Positions 43,593 to 50,008 of a DNA stretch of 50,008 nucleotides are shown here, piece by piece. Origin of the DNA: Verrucomicrobiota bacterium. Lineage in GTDB: Bacteria > Verrucomicrobiota > Verrucomicrobiia > Limisphaerales > UBA9464. The stretch is from positions 1-50,008 of the forward strand of contig JANYCC010000314.1 of the NCBI GenBank assembly GCA_025360495.1. Direction: 5' to 3'. The notes below the pieces were generated by a model. The model did not search any database. It saw only the letters and a list, made by a program, of their open reading frames with translations, and was not told the origin of the DNA. The translations under genes and the position numbers were made by a program. Within the stretch, counting starts at the first letter, position 1, and the number at the start of each line of letters is the position of its first letter.

Positions 43593-44231
43593 ATGTCCCG
43601 AACCGCCCTTTTCCCCGGCCCCCCTGGCCCCCCCGGCGCACCCGCGTCGACGGGGGACGGAAGGGATGCGCACGGGCGTCGGTCGCGATCCCGTGCCACG
43701 GCGTTCACGCTCATTGAACTCGTGGTCGTGCTGGCGATGATCGCGATTCTTTCCGCCGTGATCATCCCGGAGATGCGCGGCAGCTTCGAGGACAGCCTCC
43801 TCCGCGCGTCCGGCCGACAGTTCATCGACGTCTTCAGCCTTGCCAACAGCCGCGCCGTGTCGGTCAGCCAGACCCATCGGGTCCGCCTCGATCTGGCCGC
43901 GGGCAAATATTACCTGGAACGTCAGACCGGCCGATCCTCCCGCACTGCCACCTTCACGCCCGTCCATGATGTCTCCGGCGGCGAGGGCACGATCGATCCC
44001 CGCATCACCTTCGAACTCCGTCCCCGCGCCGCCGATCCGACCGCCCCGGGCCCGATGTCGTCCCGTGGAGACGCGCCGTCCACCCGGGGCGTCGAGGCCA
44101 TCACCTTCTTTCCCGACGGCACCGCGGACGCCGCCGAACTCATCCTGCGCGACCGTGCCGGGTTCCGGTTGGCGCTGCGGGTGAGCGCGGTCACGGCCCG
44201 GGTGCAATTGACGGAGCCGAGCCTTCCATGA
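43593..44231 (+). CDS. gspH: minor pseudopilin, GspH-like
   Basis: ATG 43593; a long basic/Pro-rich leader, then TAFTLIELVVVLAMIAILSAVIIP; LLRASGRQFIDVFSLANSRAVS ... HRVRLD. Positioned after gspG. Confidence 0.65.
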   Translation: MSRTALFPGPPGPPGAPASTGDGRDAHGRRSRSRATAFTLIELVVVLAMIAILSAVIIPEMRGSFEDSLLRASGRQFIDVFSLANSRAVSVSQTHRVRLDLAAGKYYLERQTGRSSRTATFTPVHDVSGGEGTIDPRITFELRPRAADPTAPGPMSSRGDAPSTRGVEAITFFPDGTADAAELILRDRAGFRLALRVSAVTARVQLTEPSLP

Positions 44232-44689
44232 AAGCCCGACGCTCCAACGCCGGGTTCTCATTGGTCGAGGTCATGATCGCGTTGCTGATCCTGGGCGTCG
44301 CGCTCGCCGGACTCGCCCAAGGCATCACCACCGCACTCCGTTCCAGCAAGGATTCGGAATTGCAAACCACCGCCGCCTTCCTGGCCTCCGGCCAGATCGA
44401 ACTGCTCCGGGCCGATGGCTTCATCGTGGATGGAGTCGTCGAGGGAAAGGGGACCGGCGGGCTGGCCAGGTACAGTTGGAAACAGACCGTGAGTCCGACC
44501 CCGATCGAAGGCCTGCATGAGGTCGCCGTCGAGGTGCAACACACCTCCGAAACCGTCCCGGTCTTCGAGCTTCACACCTTGCTTTTCGATCCGCCGGCCG
44601 GCTCCCAAACCAACCGTGACATCGGCAACCGGAACGAGGGCGGCCGCAAAACCACCCGCCCGAAAAAATCCCGGAGGGGCGGCGCATGA
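44228..44689 (+). CDS. gspI: minor pseudopilin, GspI-like
   Basis: ATGA overlap with the upstream stop; AGFSLVEVMIALLILGVALAGL. Supported also by its small size and position in the operon. Confidence 0.65.
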   Translation: MKARRSNAGFSLVEVMIALLILGVALAGLAQGITTALRSSKDSELQTTAAFLASGQIELLRADGFIVDGVVEGKGTGGLARYSWKQTVSPTPIEGLHEVAVEVQHTSETVPVFELHTLLFDPPAGSQTNRDIGNRNEGGRKTTRPKKSRRGGA

Positions 44690-45492
44690 GGTTCCCCCCC
44701 ATCTTCCGGCGGCGGGCGGGCTTCACGCTCATTGAGCTGACCATCAGCACCGCCCTCATGGCCCTCATCCTGACGGCGGCCTACGCGTGTCTCACCGCCG
44801 GCGTCGCCGGGCAACGGCTCGTCGAGCCCCGCACCGATGTCTTCCAAAGCGCGCGCGTCGCCCTGGGCCTGCTCGCCGCGGATCTCCGTTGCGCGGGTCC
44901 CCTGCCCCAGGGCGCCCCGTTCCTCGGTGTCCGCCGGCTGCTCGGCGAGGTGTCCGCCGACAATCTGGATTTCGCCACCCATAATTATACCCCGCAACAT
45001 CCCGGGGAAGGGGACTGGTGCGAGGAGAGTCTCTTTGTCGAGAAAGACCCGAAAACAGGACGTTATACGCTGTGGCGGCGACGCAATCCCACGCTCGCTT
45101 TCGACCCGCTTTCGGGTGGGGTCCGGGAGGAGATCGCCAACGGGATCGCGGGCCTGCGGCTGGAATATTATGACGGCTTCGATTGGTATGATTCCTGGGG
45201 CGATCCCAAGGCCGGATCCGCCAAATCCGAGGCGGTCACCCTCCCCAAACCGAACATGGTGGGCCTGCCCGAGGCGGTCCGGATCACGCTCTCGTTCGAT
45301 TCCAACCGCCGGTTCAATGCCAAACCCCCCGCACCCGGCGGCCCGGAATCGCCCCCGACCGAACCGCCCTTGGTGTTCCAGACGGTCGCGCGCCTGAACC
45401 TGCCGGCCACCGCGGACTCCGATGCCCCAACCGGCGCAACCGGATCCCCGTCGTCGCCCAATCCGTCCGCCCCCCCCTCTGGTGGAAGATAA
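44686..45492 (+). CDS. gspJ: minor pseudopilin, GspJ-like
   Basis: ATGA overlap; AGFTLIELTISTALMALILTAAY; FQSARVALGLLAADLR; GLRLEYYDG ... LPEAVRITL. Confidence 0.65.
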   Translation: MRFPPIFRRRAGFTLIELTISTALMALILTAAYACLTAGVAGQRLVEPRTDVFQSARVALGLLAADLRCAGPLPQGAPFLGVRRLLGEVSADNLDFATHNYTPQHPGEGDWCEESLFVEKDPKTGRYTLWRRRNPTLAFDPLSGGVREEIANGIAGLRLEYYDGFDWYDSWGDPKAGSAKSEAVTLPKPNMVGLPEAVRITLSFDSNRRFNAKPPAPGGPESPPTEPPLVFQTVARLNLPATADSDAPTGATGSPSSPNPSAPPSGGR

Positions 45493-45496
45493 GCCC

Positions 45497-46858
45497 ATGC
45501 CATCTCCCACCCCCATGCGCCCCGGTTCCCGGGACCGTTCCGGATCAGTCCTGATCGGGGTGCTCTGGTGCGTGGTGCTGCTGGCCCTCATCGTCGTGGG
45601 CGTCCTGCACACCGCACGGCTCGACCTGACCGTTGGGAAATATCATGCGGACCGCATCCAAGCGCATTATCTGGCGCTCGCAGGGATCGAGAAAGCCAAG
45701 GCCCTGCTTTATGAGGACGCCCTCCAACGCAGCCGCTCGGGCACCCATCACGGCCCCGGATTATATAATGCCCCGGCGGATTTCCGCGATGTCGCCCTGG
45801 GTCGGGGACACTTCCGGGTCATTCGCGCCGGGACCGATGACGAGGGGGGCGGCGTGATTTTCGGGGTCTCCGACGAGGAAAGCCGCCTCAACATCAATGT
45901 CGCCGACGCCGCCGATCTCACCAAGATCATCGGCCTCACACCGGACGTCGCGGCGGCCATCGTCGACTGGCGGGACTCCGACAGCACCGTCTCCCCGGGC
46001 GGTGCGGAGGCCCCGTATTATGAGTCCCTCCAGCCACCTTATATGCCCCGCAACGGCCCGTTCCCGACGATTCGCGAACTGCTCATGGTCCGTGGCGTCT
46101 CGCGCGAACTCCTTTTTGGCGAGCCTTCCTCCCTTCCCTCCGCCTCTCCCGCCCTGGAAACCCCCCGCCGCGGGACGCCGTCCGCGGAAGAGGAGGACGA
46201 AATCCAGCCGGAAGCCGGTTGGGCCGCCCAGTTGACCGCCTTCTCCACCGTGCAGAACGTCGATGCCTCGGGCACGGACCGCATCAATGTCCAATCGGCC
46301 GACGAGACGGCTCTCGTCGGTGTCCGCGGTATCACCCAGCAGATCGCACGCGCCATCGTCGCCTATCGGGGTCGGAACCAGTTTCAAAGTCTTGCCGACC
46401 TGCTCGATGTCACGCCCCCGCAACCCGCCGGAAGGGGAGGCATCCCGGGCCAGGGCGGCGGCACCAAGGTGATCAACGAAACCCTGCTGAAGGAAATCGC
46501 CGATCACCTCACCGTCGAGGACCGCGCCGACCTTCCCGGGGCCGTCAATATAAACACCGCCGGCGTCGAGGTGCTCTTATGCCTCCCGGGGATGACCCGT
46601 CCGCTCGCCCAGGCGGTGGTGGCACAACGGCGCTCCAATGGCTTCTATCCCCATGTCGCCGCCCTGCTCGAAGTCCCCGGCATGACCCGCGATGTTTTCA
46701 AACAACTGGCCCCCAAGGTGACCGCCCGTTCCGAAACATTCCGCATCCTGAGCGAAGGCCGGGCCGGATCCTCAGGCTCCCGCAAACGGATCGAGGTCGT
46801 CGTCCACGTCGGCCTCAACAGTGTGAACACCCTCGCCTGGCGGGAGGACGACTTATGA
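45497..46858 (+). CDS. gspK: GspK-like minor pseudopilin
   Basis: ATG 45497; GSVLIGVLWCVVLLALIVVGVL; SDEESRLNINVADAADL ... PDVAAAIVDWRDSD. Helix-hairpin-helix-like segments (INTAGVEVLLCLPGMTRPLAQAVVAQR). Confidence 0.8.
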   Translation: MPSPTPMRPGSRDRSGSVLIGVLWCVVLLALIVVGVLHTARLDLTVGKYHADRIQAHYLALAGIEKAKALLYEDALQRSRSGTHHGPGLYNAPADFRDVALGRGHFRVIRAGTDDEGGGVIFGVSDEESRLNINVADAADLTKIIGLTPDVAAAIVDWRDSDSTVSPGGAEAPYYESLQPPYMPRNGPFPTIRELLMVRGVSRELLFGEPSSLPSASPALETPRRGTPSAEEEDEIQPEAGWAAQLTAFSTVQNVDASGTDRINVQSADETALVGVRGITQQIARAIVAYRGRNQFQSLADLLDVTPPQPAGRGGIPGQGGGTKVINETLLKEIADHLTVEDRADLPGAVNINTAGVEVLLCLPGMTRPLAQAVVAQRRSNGFYPHVAALLEVPGMTRDVFKQLAPKVTARSETFRILSEGRAGSSGSRKRIEVVVHVGLNSVNTLAWREDDL

Positions 46859-48528
46859 AACCGCTCGGCGCCCTCGAACCCACCCTCGTCTTCGTCGAGA
46901 TCCGGTCGGCTTCCTTCCACGCCCATACCGGGCTCACCGGTGTGGATCTCCCGATCGAGCGCGGCCCCGACGGCCATCTGACCCCCGCCTCCGCTGCCGC
47001 CGCGACCGCCGCCCTGCAAGGCCTCCTCGGCACCAAGACCTGGCTCTCCCGCATCCGGGTCTGTTGCGCGATCGGTTCCCGCGGGGTGCTGCTTCGTCCG
47101 GTTTCTCTGCCCGTCACCGCCCCCGCTGAATTATCCCGGTTGCTGCAACTGAAGATCGAAAGCGAATTGCCCCTGCCTCCCGAAGCCCTCGCCTGGGGTT
47201 GGTTGACCCTGCCGAATGCCGGCCCGACCGATGCCGCGACGCCCCGTCAGGAGGTCCTGGTGGCGGCGGTGAAAAAGGAGGTCATCGAGGAGTATGCCGC
47301 GATCTTGGGCCCGGTGGACCCGGATCCGATGTTCACCGTGGCAGCCCTCGCCCGCATGGCGCTGGTTCCGATCGATCAACGGGCGTTCGCCGTGCTCGAC
47401 ATCGGTCCGACCCAGTCCGAACTGACCCTGATGGAGGCCGGGGTCCCGCCGTCCGTCCAATTGCTGCCTTGGGGTGAGAACCGGTGGCTGGACAGTCTCA
47501 GCTCGCGGTTGGGTCAAACCCGTGACGAAGCGGTCGCCACCCTCGCGTCGCTGCCAAATCGGGACGGCACCGATCGCAATGACGCCATGGACGCCGCCTT
47601 GGAGGAAGCGGTTTCGGCACTCGCGGAAATCTTGCCGAAGACCGCGCGGGACCGACCCCTTTGGATTTCCGGTCCGCCGGTTTTGGCGCAACTCCTGGCC
47701 GGTCGCCTGGGGGGCACTCATCCGGTCGGTGTCCTGCCCGTCCCGATCCACCCCGGGCAGACCGCCGCCACGCTCGGATCGGAGCTGAGCCTGGTCTCGC
47801 GTCCCGGACGGAAGCCCCTTTCTCTGCTCCTGCTGCAGATCAAGCACACCGACTCACCCGACCGGGCGGTGCGTGCGTTCCCCCGGCGACAGGTCGCGAT
47901 TGCGGCGGCGTTATTGGTGGGCGTACTGGCCTTTCCTTATATCGAGGCCCTGCTTTTTCAACCCCGCCTCGCCCGCCGCCTGGCCGGACTCAAAGGCAAC
48001 GACACCCAATTCGCCACGATCGACCGGGAACTGAGTTTTCTCAGGTACCTTGAATTGAACCAGTCCCCGCACCTTGACGCTGCCTTCGTCATCGCCCAGG
48101 CGGCCCCGCAGGGTGTCCGGCTCAATTCCCTCAGCATGAACCGCCATGGCGAGATTTCCCTCAGTGGGTTCCTCCAGAATCTCGCGCAGGTGGGGGATTT
48201 CCGGCTCAAGCTCATCAATTCCGGATTCTTTTCAACGATCGTCGTCGAGGACCAGAGCCCCACTCCCGACCGGCAACGCATCAACTTCCGCATCACCGGC
48301 CGATGGAAGAGTGCTGCCGAACGCGAAGCCCTCGCCTTGGGTCCCGTCCTGCCTGAGCCCGCCTCCGGAAAAGGCTCGGTGTCCAACAGCGCGACCAGCC
48401 CCAAGACTCCGACCGGCACCAACTCTGCGACGGTCACCACCAACCCCGTCCCGACCCACGGTTCGGCCCCAACGAATTCCGCCAGCGTTACCAACACCGC
48501 CTCAAAACCCCTGCCTTCCGATCACTGA
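46855..48528 (+). CDS. GspL-like assembly protein (PilM-type cytoplasmic domain + TM + PilN-type periplasmic domain)
   Basis: ATGA overlap with the gspK stop. A single TM (VAIAAALLVGVLAFPYIEALLF) is followed by a PilN-like segment and a Thr/Asn/Ser/Pro-rich tail. The call rests on architecture and operon position, not on strong motifs. Confidence 0.6.
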   Translation: MKPLGALEPTLVFVEIRSASFHAHTGLTGVDLPIERGPDGHLTPASAAAATAALQGLLGTKTWLSRIRVCCAIGSRGVLLRPVSLPVTAPAELSRLLQLKIESELPLPPEALAWGWLTLPNAGPTDAATPRQEVLVAAVKKEVIEEYAAILGPVDPDPMFTVAALARMALVPIDQRAFAVLDIGPTQSELTLMEAGVPPSVQLLPWGENRWLDSLSSRLGQTRDEAVATLASLPNRDGTDRNDAMDAALEEAVSALAEILPKTARDRPLWISGPPVLAQLLAGRLGGTHPVGVLPVPIHPGQTAATLGSELSLVSRPGRKPLSLLLLQIKHTDSPDRAVRAFPRRQVAIAAALLVGVLAFPYIEALLFQPRLARRLAGLKGNDTQFATIDRELSFLRYLELNQSPHLDAAFVIAQAAPQGVRLNSLSMNRHGEISLSGFLQNLAQVGDFRLKLINSGFFSTIVVEDQSPTPDRQRINFRITGRWKSAAEREALALGPVLPEPASGKGSVSNSATSPKTPTGTNSATVTTNPVPTHGSAPTNSASVTNTASKPLPSDH

Positions 48529-48625
48529 TCACTGCTTGCTGCCTGCTGATAACTGATAACTGATAACTGATAACTGATTACTGACCCCCGACCTCCGACC
48601 CCCGATCTCCGATCTCCGAAAACCG
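48507..48625. repeat. heptanucleotide tandem array 4 (17 units; class I in reverse orientation + class II)
   Basis: ACCCCTG CCTTCCG ATCACTG ATCACTG CTTGCTG CCTGCTG ATAACTG(x4) ATTACTG ACCCCCG ACCTCCG ACCCCCG ATCTCCG ATCTCCG AAAACCG. On the other strand it contains TAATCAG, TTATCAG and TGATCAG (units of arrays 1-2) and CGGAGAT (array 3). The GspL-like stop TGA (48526..48528) lies inside it. Confidence 0.9.
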
Positions 48626-48628
48626 CCC

Positions 48629-49195
48629 ATGCCCCTCCCCGCCCTCACCGAACGCGACCGTCGCACGATCCGTTTTGCCGCGATCGGCCTCGGCCTTTAC
48701 CTGGCCGTTTTTGGCGGCTGGCAGACGTTCGGCTTTCTGGGCCGTCGCCATGTCGAATACCGCAAACTCCAGCACGAGGCGGCGCAACTCCGGACCCAAT
48801 ACGAATTATATGGCTCCCGGGTGACCCGCTTGGAACGTCTGATGGAGACGTTCCAGATGGACCCCGCGCGGTTGGCCAAGAACACCCTCGTGGCCAAGGC
48901 GGCCGCCGCCCTCCAGCAATCCGCGGCTTCGGGCGGCCTTCAGCTCGGTCCGATCCGGGAATCCCTCAACCGGGGTTCCGAACGCGAACTGGGCACGTTC
49001 CAACTCGAGGCGATGGGACAGGTCCCCGCCCTCATGGCTTTCCTTCATCGTCTCCGGGGCCTCGGCTTCCCGCTGGTGATCGACACCCTGCAGGTATCGT
49101 CGGATCCCGCCCGGCCCGGCATGATCAAGGTGAGTCTCGGCCTGATCCTGCTGGATTATGAACAGTGGGATAAGAAGGAGGTTCCCGATGCCTGA
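48629..49195 (+). CDS. GspM/PilO-like assembly protein
   Basis: ATG 48629; short cytoplasmic tip; TM FAAIGLGLYLAVFGGWQTFGF; coiled coil, then a periplasmic domain. It sits between the L-like and C/PilP-like genes. Confidence 0.6.
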   Translation: MPLPALTERDRRTIRFAAIGLGLYLAVFGGWQTFGFLGRRHVEYRKLQHEAAQLRTQYELYGSRVTRLERLMETFQMDPARLAKNTLVAKAAAALQQSAASGGLQLGPIRESLNRGSERELGTFQLEAMGQVPALMAFLHRLRGLGFPLVIDTLQVSSDPARPGMIKVSLGLILLDYEQWDKKEVPDA

Positions 49196-50008
49196 TCGTC
49201 TGGTGAGAAACATCCGCGCTGTTTGCCTCGGCCTCGCCGCCCTGTTGGTGTTGCGATTGGGCTTCCTCGTGTTCCATCGGGATCCGCTGGACGGCGTGCG
49301 GGTGCCCATCGCGCCCCATTGGCAACCCAGCGACGAAACCCCGGGGGGCACCAATCCCGTCGTGAAAATGACTTCCCCGTCGGGCACCAATCTCGTTTCC
49401 ACCAACCCCATCGGGTCCGCGACCAACACGATGGCCGCCCGACTGACGGGCACCAATGGGGTTTCGACCAACCTCGTCGCCATTCAATCGGTGGGGACTA
49501 ATAACCCGGTGGGGACTAATAACCTCGCGGGGACTAATAATATCGCGGCTACGAATCGCACGGTCACTAATCTCACAGTCACGAATCCCATGGGGACGAA
49601 TCTCGTGGGCACTAATATCATGGGGACGAACCTGGCCGGTAATCCACGTCCTCCGTCACCCGGCGGCATGCCGCCCGGAATGCCCCCCGGCATGCCCTTC
49701 GGGGGTCCGGGTGCGATGCGCGGCGGCGGGCCGCCCAAACCTCCGCGCCCGCTCTCCCCACTGCTTCAGGCCCGCATCGACCGTATCACCCAGAGCGAGA
49801 TGCTTGCCCCCGTCGTCCGACCGCCGCCCATGGCCCTGCTCGGCATTGCCGGTCGCGACGCCTTCATCCGCACCCCCAGTGGTCAGACGACCCTGTTGCG
49901 CGAAGGTGCCGAGAGCGACGGCATCAAGATTCTGCGAATCGGCACCAACCGGGTCCTGCTGGAGCAGGCCGGCGAAAAGAAGGAACTGACCATATTTTCC
50001 GGCCTCGG
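49188..50008 (+). CDS. GspC/PilP-like protein with Thr-Asn repeat linker (3' partial, runs off window)
   Basis: Not in the ORF track (no stop within the window), so I translated it by hand. ATG 49188 is preceded by AAGGAGGT (49174..49181) and overlaps the upstream gene by 8 nt. Features: TM VCLGLAALLVLRLGFLVF; (G)TN repeats; PPGMPPGMP. The C-terminal LLGIAGRDAFIRTPSGQTTLLREGAESDGIKILRIGTNRVLLEQAGEKKELTIF resembles a GspC HR / PilP beta-domain. The frame stays open to base 50008. Confidence 0.65.
   Translation, partial: MPDRLVRNIRAVCLGLAALLVLRLGFLVFHRDPLDGVRVPIAPHWQPSDETPGGTNPVVKMTSPSGTNLVSTNPIGSATNTMAARLTGTNGVSTNLVAIQSVGTNNPVGTNNLAGTNNIAATNRTVTNLTVTNPMGTNLVGTNIMGTNLAGNPRPPSPGGMPPGMPPGMPFGGPGAMRGGGPPKPPRPLSPLLQARIDRITQSEMLAPVVRPPPMALLGIAGRDAFIRTPSGQTTLLREGAESDGIKILRIGTNRVLLEQAGEKKELTIFSGL
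49491..49643 (+). repeat. in-frame tandem repeats (4 x 18 nt, then 5 x 15 nt)
   Basis: GTGGGGACTAATAACCCG GTGGGGACTAATAACCTC GCGGGGACTAATAATATC GCGGCTACGAATCGCACG, then GTCACTAATCTCACA GTCACGAATCCCATG GGGACGAATCTCGTG GGCACTAATATCATG GGGACGAACCTGGCC. These encode VGTNNP VGTNNL AGTNNI AATNRT VTNLT VTNPM GTNLV GTNIM GTNLA. Confidence 0.9.

Noticed and set aside
40076-43641. Two long minus-strand ORFs (40076..41728, 41968..43641)
   Set aside because: They are antisense to gspE, gspF and gspG, whose Walker/His-box and T2SSF/GspG signatures are unambiguous.
46219-46854. 212-codon upstream extension of the GspL-like ORF
   Set aside because: It overlaps gspK in another frame with R/P/G-rich sequence. 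The ATG at 46855 forms an ATGA overlap with the gspK stop, like the other junctions in the operon.
49456-49989. Track ORFs 49456..49989 (+) and 49484..49738 (-) over the window end
   Set aside because: Both are in frames other than the hand-translated CDS starting at ATG 49188. That CDS has a strong Shine-Dalgarno sequence, a TM helix and a recognisable C-terminal domain. The track ORFs translate to R/P/S/W-rich sequence.

Overview
This is a visibly GC-rich, gene-dense window. I support 42 protein-coding genes (one is 3' partial at the right edge and absent from the ORF track) and one tRNA-Pro.

Gene content points to a PVC-superphylum bacterium (Verrucomicrobiota/Planctomycetota-like):
- two PSCyt/DUF1549/DUF1553 + DUF1501 gene pairs
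- two H-X9-DG (DUF1559) prepilin-like genes
- two PEP-CTERM proteins
- two PQQ-like propellers
- a CotH-family protein
- a complete-looking type II secretion-like operon, gspE-F-G-H-I-J-K then L/M/C-like genes, that runs off the window

Housekeeping genes (ilvC, ilvH, cysS, a TrmH-family methyltransferase, larE-family) are interspersed. I see no transposase, integrase, CRISPR array, rRNA or recognisable defence/toxin module, and no convincing new multi-protein system.

The most unusual signals are non-coding:
1. A family of 7-nt-period tandem arrays at four intergenic sites. One splits the otherwise tightly coupled secretion operon and supplies a stop codon. One forms a 29-bp hairpin between cistrons.
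2. A REP-like 28-nt dispersed repeat.
3. A repeated stop-adjacent hairpin, GCCGATTTCCATCGGC.
4. Twin mutually complementary hairpins between the divergent ilvC and ilvH.

The functionally uncharacterised PSCyt/DUF1553-DUF1501 pairs are also worth follow-up; one is translationally coupled to an esterase downstream of a glycoside-hydrolase-like gene.

Many very long ORFs in the track (up to 1454 aa) are antisense shadows of real genes. All family calls come from motif recognition by eye. No searches were run.
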